A stretch of DNA of 62,151 nucleotides, filler included, from Chiloscyllium plagiosum (taxonomy: Eukaryota), in NCBI RefSeq assembly GCF_004010195.1. It is 3 parts of one record of this genome, joined end to end, with 100 filler letters (N's around TTAATTAATTAA, not from the genome) between each part and the next. Parts side by side here need not be neighbours in the genome. Positions count along the whole stretch, not along the records: positions 1 to 16,569 come from NC_057710.1; positions 16,670 to 48,428 come from NC_057710.1; 1 more part is not named here. One strand, given 5' to 3'. Of this stretch, positions 12,368-22,700 are shown piece after piece. Numbering within the stretch: position 1 is the stretch's first letter; each line of letters opens with the position of its first letter. The position numbers were made by a program, and so were the translations under genes. The notes under the pieces are model-generated. The model saw only the letters and a program-made list of their open reading frames with translations. It was not told where the DNA came from and made no database searches.

Positions 12368-12408
12368 GTAAGTAACAAAGATGACATGTCGATGCAGAGA
12401 GCTTTTAA

Positions 12409-13093
12409 GCAGAATTTTCTCCTCCCTTGAAGTGACATGGAATTGGCAGAACCATAAATATTGAGGCAGGTTGGCTGCGGAGAGATACCCACTCCCTTAC
12501 CTCAGCGATTAAGTTCTGGGCAGGAAGGTCAATGAGTGATCTTCCTGATCTGTCACCAATTAAGGCCATTATCTGTTTATTACCAACTACTTAAGGGCCT
12601 CAGCCCTCAGTGCCTCAATAACCTGCTTTTTCTGATGGTGACGAAAAATGACTGCCATCACTACTGGGAAAACAGGATGGCCTGTCTGCTATTTTGGAGA
12701 TTCCTCCATTTGGTCCTAATCTGATGGCAGTAGAATGCCTGGATAGCTGTTGGAAGTTATCCCTGGCCTCCCCTCCCACCTCTGAGATCCTTCAGGCCAT
12801 GATTCCAACTTCTGGATCATGCTCAAAATGTCACTGACCATACTGTTGTGCCTGTCTTCATGGTTTCTGTTTAGGCAGTAGCCTGGGTCTTGAATGTGTC
12901 ACTGCTGGCAGCTTCAGGTGGGACTGGACCTCTCAACTGTGAGACTTGATTGGTTGGGAACCTGGCTGGCGTTTTTGCACCTGATTTGGGCTTGTTCGGG
13001 CAGCTTCCTCATTGGTGGGCACAGACGGATAGGGGCCCTTGTCCTTAAAAAAGGCCACACCCATACTTTGTGTAAAAAAGGGAAATTCTGGCC
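12409..13093. mobile_element. Possible non-autonomous DNA transposon (MITE-like)
   Basis: Imperfect inverted ends CAGAATTTTC...GGAAATTCTG around a GC-richer interior. Confidence 0.35.
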
Positions 13094-13739
13094 TCAATAC
13101 TAATTTGATTTATCATAGCATTGGCTGATTAATATTGCATTTGATTTGTATGCAAACTTAAATCTCTACAGTGAGCTGAATACTAAATGGTCCAGAACAT
13201 TTAGCAAGGATGGAAAGTGAAGAAGAGGTAGAAGTGTGGCTCTATTAGTCAATGACAATAGGACAACAGTTAGGGATCATGCTAAGTTCATAAAACCAAG
13301 ATGTGCAAATGATTTGGGTAGAGATGGGAAATGAAAAAGGCAAAGAGTCACTTGTGTGTATGATGTTGAAACTCTGTAATGGTTACCACATAGTAGTATG
13401 GTGCATTAAGAAAGAAATAATTGGTATTTGTCAGAAATGCGTGGTGAGAATCCTGGAAGATTTTAATCTACTTATAGACTGGAAAAGTCAGATGGACAAA
13501 TGACAAGTTAGAGTAGAATGGAATCGACTGAAGGTGAAGAAATAGTAGACCTGGAATTGTGCAATGAAATTGGATGAATCAATGATCTTGTAGAGGTATG
13601 CCCAGGCAGCCTTTTTAATTCTCTTCCTGAAAGGATGGTTTGAGTGAAATTCTTGAAAAAAATTTGAATCAAATTGATGACCACTCCAACAGCTACAGGG
13701 CTACCTTGTCGAGTCTAAAATCACTCAAAAAGTTTTTTA

Positions 13740-14870
13740 AAAATTCATTCACTGGCTAGACCAGTATTTATTGTTCATCCATAGCTGTCCTTGGGAGGAT
13801 AGTGTGGAGCTGCCTTCTGAAAATATGGCACTTAATTTAGAGCGAGCACGCCCATAATGCCATTAGGGAGGGAATTCCAGGATTTTGACCCCGTGACACT
13901 GAAGCAAAGACAATATATTTCTAAGGATGGTAAGTGTCCTGGAGGGGAATTGCAGGTCGTGGTATTCCCATGCATCTGCACCCTTGTCCTTCTAGATGCT
14001 AGTAGTTGAGGGTTTAGAATATGCTATTTTAGGAGACTTGCCATATTTCTAGAGTGCATCTTGTAAATGGTACACACTGCTGCTTTAACCATTGATGGTG
14101 GAGTTTATACACTTCATGGTGTGGTCCGAGGGAGTGTTGCTGAACAAAGAGACCTTGGAGTGCAGGTTCACAGCTCCTTGAAAGTGGAGTCGCAGGTAGA
14201 TAGGATAGTGACGTAGGCGTTTGGTATGCTTTCCTTTATTGGTCAGAGTATTGAGTACAGGAGTTGGGAGGTCATGTTGCGGCTGTCTAGGACATTTGTT
14301 AGGCCACTGTTGGAATATTGCATGCAATCCTGGTCTCCTTCCTATCGGAGAGATGTTGTGAAAAGTGAAAGCGTTCAGAACAAATTTACAAGGACATTGC
14401 CAGGGTTGGAGGATTTGAGCGATAGAGAGAGGTTGAATAAAGGCAAATGGGGGCATTCAATCACACTTATTCCTCCACTGTAGATGTGGGACAGAATTTG
14501 GTGAGACAGGGAATGAGTAACTCACGCCAAGATTTCTTGCCTCTGATTTGATCTTGTAACCACAGTAAATATCTTCCAGTCTAGTTTCATTTCTGGTCAA
14601 TATAACTCCTTTGATGTCCGTAGTTGGCTATTGTAGCGATGGTAATATGAGTGAATGTCAGAGGAGCTATGGGTAATTCTCTCTTGTTGGAAATGCCTTA
14701 TTGCCTAGCATTTGTGTGGCACAAATGTTACTTAACATTGGTCAGCTTAAGCTGGGATATTGTCCAGGTCTTGTTGCATTTGTGCATGAACTGCTTTATC
14801 ATCTGAGGAATCACTAATGGTGCTGGATATTGGACAATTACAGGTGAAAGTCTCCATTTCTGACCTTACC
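13740..14870 (-). mobile_element. Old LINE 3' part (CR1/L2-like) interrupted by a + strand CR1 fragment at about 14107-14440
   Basis: Similar to 41860-42560 and 54890-56540. The inner fragment encodes LEYCMQSWSPSYRRDV. Confidence 0.65.
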
Positions 14871-16214
14871 AGGAAGGGAAAATAAAACTGAAAATGAAAT
14901 GAATTCATGTTCATGAATGAAGAAGATGAGATCTGTCAGATGCTGATGGTATACAGCACTCTAAGATAGATTCATCTCATCCACCTCATTCAACTGCATA
15001 AAATAATCCATTGGTTTAGAGAATGTGAGAAACAATGCGCACTGTTCAATAATTTCAGTCTGAGTCAAATTCTGAAGCAGTCTTTATTCATACATTCTTG
15101 CAAGCCGGGTGAACATAAAGTAGGCACATTGATCAGGAGGTTACATTACAATTTATACAGTTCAGTTGAATCTCTTGGTACTCCCCTTTTACTTCATATC
15201 TGATAGTTGTATTGCTCTGTGCAGCTGCTAATCTATAAGAAAGAGTTGCCTTTCAGCTCCTAATGAGCATATGCTAAATCAAACACAATTTCCAGATTTG
15301 TTTTACTGGATTTGTAAATGCTTCAACCAGAAAGGCAGATTGAACATAAGGAAAAGTTAGAGCATTGAAAAAGGTTATTTAGCCTCTGGAACTATGTCTG
15401 TTTGTTGTGTTACCTAAAACAAATTGTGAAGATGCAAACATGCTTATCTGTTCTCCTGCAACACTGGTATCCTAATGTTAGTTTCGATTTTTTCTGCCCT
15501 GTTGCCTCTTAACATTGGGTCACATCTCACTTTTCTGCTTTATACCTTGTTTACTATTTTGCATCATATTTGATGAATTCTTTAGTCTCGTAAACCTTGG
15601 TGAAAGGGAAACTTTGTGAGCCTCGCAATCTCTGAGGATTCTGCTTTGCTGACCCCTCCCCTCCCAGTTCGACATGAGGTCAAGCCGTACAGACGGGGAG
15701 GGAGCACAGAATAATCAGCAAGTGCAGAGTCTGTTTCAGTGCCACTTGAGAAAGCATCATCTCATCATTTAATGAGCATAATCAAAAATAGCTTGTTAAC
15801 AGGAGGAATACAGAAAGGATATATGAGTGTCAGGAATGGTTACATCATGACCAGTAATGTTTATGATTTTCCTTCATTGTTCCTTTTTACATTCCAGCAT
15901 ATATTGATATTCTTGACACCATTTGTTTACTAAAATGAGAAAATTATCCCTTGATACAACCCAGTAGTTAGCTTCTGATTATTGCTCCCTCATTCATGAT
16001 ATTTATTTCCTTTCAAAACATGTTCGGAGAAAAGCAGTGATTTGAGAATGTAAAATGTGTAACTCCTGCCTGCAATTCCAAGTGTACATCTGGTGAATAA
16101 CTCAACATTTTGCCAAATGTGGCTCAGGCACTTTTAAGATAATGATGTCTGTGAATCAGAATTTTGACTAGGAACTTTGAGGTTATATTAACCTCCGCTA
16201 AACAAATTGACAGG

Positions 16215-16569
16215 AGGTTTTGTGGTCAGGAATGGGACTCTCGGAAGGTATGTTTTCTCCCCGGTGCCAAGGTCTGGGATGTCGCCGATCGGGCTTACGA
16301 GATTCTGAAGGGGGAGAGTGAGCAGCCAGAAATCGTGGGACATATTGGCACCAATGATACAGCCAGGAAAGGAATTGAGGATCTGAAAAGTGACTACAGA
16401 GAGTTTAGTTGGAAGCTGAAGAGCAGGATGAGTAGAGTAGTGATCTCAGGTTTGCTACTGGTGCCACGAGATAGTGAGTTGAGAAACAGTCAGCGAATGC
16501 AGCTTAACATGTGGCTGCGAGGCTGGTGCAGGAGGGAGGGCTTCAGATACCTCGACCATTGGGATACCT
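16215..16569 (+). mobile_element. CR1 ORF1 SGNH-esterase fragment, cut by a gap
   Basis: VCFLPGAKV, HIGTND, VVISGLL and WLRGWCRREGFRYLDHW motifs. Confidence 0.85.
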
Positions 16570-16669
16570 NNNNNNNNNNNNNNNNNNNNNNNNNNNNNNN
16601 NNNNNNNNNNNNNTTAATTAATTAANNNNNNNNNNNNNNNNNNNNNNNNNNNNNNNNNNNNNNNNNNNN
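16570..16669. other. Artificial scaffold gap (44 N + TTAATTAATTAA + 44 N)
   Basis: Exactly 100 bp, with a linker that places stops in all six frames. The same structure occurs at 48429-48528. Confidence 0.95.
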
Positions 16670-16929
16670 GCACCGCCTTCCTAACCTGCAATCTTCTTCC
16701 CCACCTCTCCGCCCCCACCCCAGTCTGACCTATCACCCTCACCTTGACCTCTTTCCACCTATCACATTTCCGACGCCCCTCCCCCAAGTCCCTCCTCCCT
16801 ACCTTTTATCTTAGCCTGCTGGACAAACTTTCCTCATTCCTGAAGAAGGGCTTATGCCCGAAACGTCGATTCTCCTATTCCCTGGATGCTGCCTGACCTG
16901 CTGCGCTTTTCCAGCAACACATTTTTAGC
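16670..16929 (+). mobile_element. Young Penelope-like terminal repeat
   Basis: Highly similar to 1-270 and 44115-44350, and retains its CpGs. Confidence 0.8.
16836..16871 (+). ncRNA. Minimal type-I hammerhead ribozyme motif (PLE-associated)
   Basis: CTGAAGA(16840)-A-GGGC-TTAT-GCCC-GAAA-CGTC: both core boxes, a 4-bp stem II, a palindromic ACGT in place of stem III, and a GTC cleavage triplet. Confidence 0.75.
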
Positions 16930-19716
16930 AGTAAAATTTGACCTTTGGTCTGATTAAATCTCTCTGGGTAGCCCATACTGTGTGAAGAAAGTTATTAACT
17001 CCTCTCCCACCTTTTTTGCCTTAATGCTCCATAATGGAATTGCTTCCAGAAATCTTGTAACCATTTGGGTTAACAAGGACTGGTTCCCAGTTTTAGTTCT
17101 CGGGAGGGAACCTACACAATCAATTATAACCCGTGTGAAAGGTTCTTCAAATGGGGGAATTGACAACAAAGGTGCTGGTTTTATTACCGTCTATGGTTTA
17201 TCTACCATTTAGCATGTATGACACATACAGCAAAAGTTAACTATATCCTTGTGCATTCCAGGCTAATAAAAATGTTTTTGTAGCTTGAGTCTTTCATACC
17301 CTGAGGTGACCTCCTACAGGTAGGTCATGTGCTACCCATAACCCCTCCTATCTGTAGGTCATGTGCTACCCATAACCCCTCCTATCTGTACGCTACCGGC
17401 AACACAATCTGGTGCACTTCGGCCCATTTCCCCTCTGCACTAACCTGCCTTGGTCTCCATTTCTGTCTTAGGATTCTACCTTTCAGATAATAACCCTCTG
17501 GAATGTTCTCTGTCTCCTTTTCGGAGTAGGCATCCACAAATATATATTTTATTGTCTTGTCTTGCTGATACAAAGCACTTAGCCTTTCAGGACTACACAC
17601 TTCCGTCTGACCCTCTGCCTGTTCAAGTTTCTCCTGCACCATTACGTCAAACAGATTGTCTGCTAACTGAATCTCCGCTTCTTAATCTTGCTCTTTACTT
17701 TTTGCTTCGTGCTGTAACTTACGATAGTGGGATCTGGTGACCACACAGTCTGGGAAAATGCTAGGACATATTTGTTTTAACTCCTCTGTTTCTTGGTCTT
17801 TCTTGGGCTTCTCCACAACAAGGGGCATCAGTCCCACCTTGGATCCTGCCCAATCATTCCCAAGAGCAAATTGAATTCCTGGCACTGATACGCTGTCAAT
17901 CACTCCCACTGTAACTTCCCCAGTCTTAAGTTGGCACTCCAACCTTATCTTACATAGGGAAAAGCTAAATTTCTGTCCATCTATCCCACAAATTACCACA
18001 CTCTCGGGTAACAGATCGGTAAGAGTGCATATTCATTCATCCCTTACCATCAGCGACTGGTTAGATCCTGAATTTCCCAAAATTGTAACTTCTTGTCCTT
18101 CTCCCCGTGTTCTTTCTGAGTAAACTTCACCCTCAGAGGTGAATTCTTTGGAGAGATCAAGTACTAACTCCATACCCAGCCCTTGCCTAGGCTGTGCACT
18201 CTCCTGCAGCTCCTCGGCTCTTATTGAAGTCTCCTTTACTACCTTTGCGAATGCCACTGGCTTAGCTTCTTTTACCACATCTTTTCCCACAGTGCCTTTC
18301 TTTAACGACCAGCACTGTGCCTTTATGTGTCCCACCATCTGGCAGTGAAAACACCTTTTCCCAGTGCCCTTCTGAAACCACCAGCACTGTAATTTTCTGT
18401 GTCCCATTCCATTACAGTGAAAACACCTGAGGCCTTTCACCTCCTGTCCATCCTCTTGGGCTTCTTTTTTAACCCGCGGTAAACTCTGACCAGTGTTCTC
18501 TACTCTTGGTTTCATAGTGTAGGATTTCCCCTTCTCCCAACTTATCCCTTACAGGCTGAAATTCCGGCTGTAAGCTTGTCTTTTGCACCAGCACATACTC
18601 ATCTGCAAATTCTGCTGCCCTTCTCACTTCCTGAATTTTCTGTTCCTCCATGTGAATTCTTACCGTCTCTGGAAGTGAGTTTCTAAACTCCTCCAGCAGA
18701 ATAATCTCTCTCACAGCCTCAAAGGTCCTATCTATTTTCAAAGCACGCACCCATCAATCAAAATTACTCTGTTTAATTCTTTCGAACTCAACATAATTCT
18801 GACCTGGTTCCTCCTTTGTGTTTCTGAATTGCTGTGTATATGCTTCTGGTGCCAATTCACAAGCAATTAAAAGAGTCTGTTTAACCTTTTCATAATCTCT
18901 TGACACCTCATCTGTCAGTGTGGCAAATACCTCACCAGCTCTGCCTGCCAGTTTAGTCTGACCTGGTATTACTCATAAATCCTCAGACCACTCCACCTGC
19001 CTAGCCAATTTTTCAAATGAAATAAAGAAGACTTCAACATCTTTCTCATCAAAATGTGGCAGAGTTTTGACATATCTATACATATATCACTAACCTCTCT
19101 TTTAATCTCCATTCTGTTAACTTGACTTTGCTTACTAAATTGCAACTTCTCAAGTTCAAATTCTCTCATTTTTGCTCAGATAAGAACTTTCTCTTTCTCT
19201 CTCCCTTTCTTCTCTCTCTTTTTGTTCAGCCAAGAACCTTCTCTCTCTTTTTCCTCTCTCTCTCTCTCTTTGTTTATCTTCTAACTCCATTTTCTTCAAT
19301 TGTAATTTAAGGTTTTTCTATCTCTATTGAACTTGTCTGATTCTCTGATACACCTAAATGGTTGAGTAACTCCCTAACATTTTCAGCTTTCCTTTTGTCC
19401 TTGGTTAAATTCAAATCTAACTTATATGCTAATTCTAAAAGTAAATTTTTTTTACTTTCCTTCTAAAGTTTCTTGGTAAATTTGAGAATAATCTTCAAAT
19501 CCAAGAAACTTTTTCACAATTTTAAGAGCCATTTCTCTCACTTGTAATTTAATCAGTCACAACTCACCGAAATTAAACAAATTGTCTCACCTACGTTTTA
19601 TTTAAAGGTCTAGAACACTAACCTGCAAGTGTTTAAATCTACTGGAATTTTCATACACTGAACTCTATTCAAATCTGTCTAAACCAGTTCAAATCATGGA
19701 ACTGAGGCCCCAAATC
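16930..19716 (-). mobile_element. Gypsy (Gmr1-like) LTR retrotransposon internal region: SCAN-like gag, two CCHC knuckles, protease-like region, integrase; frameshifted
   Basis: IILLEEFRNSLP..AAEFADEY; CFHCNGMGHRKLQC and CFHCQMVGHIKAQC; LGNDWAG; PFTRVIIDCVGSLP..YGLPREI. Confidence 0.9.
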
Positions 19717-22700
19717 TGTTACGAGTTAAACTTGCCTGCTTAATTTAAAACCAGCAACACAGAAAAGATTTATCCAACGCAGTAACCTGTAAAAATATTC
19801 GAGAAGTCAAGAACTATTTAAAGTAAAAATTAACAACTTTATGTCTTAAAGTGTAGCAGAGAATAATTAACTCACAACTATATATAACTCCTTTCTCTAA
19901 CCTATCTTGAATTTCTCTTCTATAAAGAAGAGAAAAACTCTTCTATAAAGAAGAGAAAAAGAAGAGATTGGTAAAACTCCAAATTAAGTTTTACTTAGAG
20001 TCATAAAGTCATAGAGCCATAGGGATGTACAGCATGGAAACAGACCCTTCAGTCCAACCCGTCCATGCTGACCAGATATCCTAACCTAATCTAGTCCCAT
20101 TTTCCAGCACTTGGCCCATATCCCTATTAGCTCTTCCTATTCATATACCCATCCAGATGTCTTTTAAATGTTGCAATTATACCAGCCTCCACCACTTCCT
20201 CTGACAGCCCATTCCATATGCGTGCCACATTCTGTGTGAAAAAGTTGCCCTTTAGGTCTCTTTTATATCTTTCCCCTCTCACCCTAAACCTATGCCCTCT
20301 AGTTCTGGACTCCCCGACCCCAGGGAAATGATCGTGTCTATTTATCCTATCCATGCCCCTCATGATTTTATAAATCTCTATGAGGTCACCCCTCAGCCTC
20401 TGATGCTCCATTCAACCTCTCCCTATAACTCAAATCCTCCAACCCTGGCAACATCCTTGTAAATCTTTTCTGAATCCTTTCAAATTTCACAACATCCTTC
20501 TGATAGGAAGGAGACCAGAATTGCATGCAATATTCCAACAGTGGCCTAACCAATGTCCTGTACAGCTGCAACATGACCTTGCAACTTCTGTACTCAATAC
20601 TATGACCAATAAAGGAAAGCATACCAAATGCCTTCTTCATTATCCTATCTACCTGTAACTCCACTTTCAAGGAGCTATGAACCTGCACTCCAAGGTCTCT
20701 TTGTTCAGCAACACTCCCCAGGACCTTACCATTAAGTGTATAAGTCCTGCTAAGATTTGCTTTCCCAAAATGCAGCACCTCACATTTATCTAAATTAAAC
20801 TTCATCTGCCACTTCTCAGCCCATTGGCCCATCTGGTCCAAATCCTGTTGTAATCTGAGGTAACCTTCTTCACTGTCCACTATACCTCCAGTTTTGGTGT
20901 CATCTACAAACTTACCAACTGTACCTCTTATGCTCGCATCCAAATCATTTATATAACTGATGAAAGGTCGTGGACCCAGCACCGATCCTTGTGGCACTCC
21001 ACTGGTCACAGGCCTCCAATCTGAAAAGCAACCCTCTACCACCACCCTCTGTCTTCTACCTTTGAGCCAGTTCTGTATCCAGATTGCTAGTTCTCCTTGT
21101 ATTCAATGAGCTCTAACCTTCCTAACCAGTTTCCCATGGGTACCTTGTTAAACGCCTTACTGAAGTCCATATAGATCATGTCTACCCCTCTGCCCTCATC
21201 AATCCTCTTTGTTACTTCTTCTTTATAAAACTCTATCAAGTTTGTGAGACATTATTTCCCATGCACAAAGCCCTGTTGACTATTCCTAATCAGTCCTTGC
21301 CTTTCCAAATATAGGTGCATCCTTCCCTCAGGATTCCCTCTGTCAACTTGCCCACCACTGACGTCAGGCTCACTGGTCTATCGTTTCCCTGGCTTGTCCT
21401 TACTATCTTTCTTAAACAGTGGCACCACATTAACCAACCTCCAGTCTTCTGGTACCTCACCTGTTACTATCGATGATACAAATATCTCAGCAAGAGGCCC
21501 AGCAATCACTTCCCCAGCTTCCCACAGAGTTCTAGGGTACACCTAATCAGGTCGTGGGGATTTATCCACTTTTATGCATTTCAAGACATTCAAAACTTCC
21601 TCCTCTGTAATATGGACATTTTTCAAGATGTCACCATCTATTTCCCTGCATTCTGTATCTTCCATGTCGTTTTCCACAGAAAACACTGATGCAAAATACT
21701 CTTTTAGTATCTCCCCCAACTCCTGCAATTCCACACAAAGAGCACCTTGCTGATCCTTGAGGGACCCTATTCTCTCCCTAGTTACTCCTTTGTCATTAAT
21801 GTATTTGTAAAAACCCTTTTGATACTCCTTAACTTTATTTTCCAAAGCTATCTCATGTCCCCTTTTTGCCCTCCTGATTTTCTTCTTAAGTATACTCCTG
21901 CTGCCTTTATATTCTTCTATGGATTCACTCGATCTATCAGGTCTGCACCTGACGTATGCTTCCTTCTTTTTCTTAACCAAGCCCTCAATTTCTTTGGTTA
22001 TCCAGCCTTTCTTTTCACCCTAACAGGAATATACTGTCTTTGGATTCTTGTAACCTCATTTCTGAAGGGTTCCCATTTTCCACTGTCCCTTTACCTGCGA
22101 ACATCTCCCCCCATTCAGCTTTTGAAAGTTCTTGCCTAATGCTGTCAAAATTAGCCTTTCTCCAATTTAGAACTTCAACTGTTAGATCTGTTCTATCCTT
22201 TTCCATCACTATTTTAAAACTAATCGAATTATGGTCGCTGGCCCTAAAGTGCTCCCCCACTGACACCTCAGTCACCTGCCCTGCCTTATTTCCCAAGAGT
22301 AGGTTAAGTTTTGCACGTTCTCTAGTAGGTACATCCACAGACTGAATCAGAAAATTTTCTTGTAACGTACTTAACAAATTCCTCTCCATCTAAACCTTTA
22401 ATACTATGGCAGTCCCAGTCTATGTTTGGAAATTAAAATCCCCTACCACAACCACCCTATTATTCTTACAAATAACTGAGATCTTCTTACAAATTTATTT
22501 CTCAATTTTCCTCTACTACTAGGGGGTCTATAATGCAATCCCTATAAGCTGATCATCCCTTTCTTATTTCTCAGTTCCACCCAAATAACATCCCTGGATG
22601 TATTTCCGGGAATATCTTCCCTCAGTACAGCTGTAATGTTATACCTTATCAAAAACGTCACTCCCTCTCATCTCTTGCCTCCCTTTCTGGCTCTAGTGCA

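Noticed and set aside
15408..15480. CYLK-containing frame as a further apple exon
   Set aside because: No adjacent splice acceptor and no SG(Y/F)S..C motif.
16614..16625. Palindromic TTAATTAATTAA (also at 48473-48484) as a biological site
   Set aside because: It is centred in symmetric 44-N runs, so it is an assembly linker.
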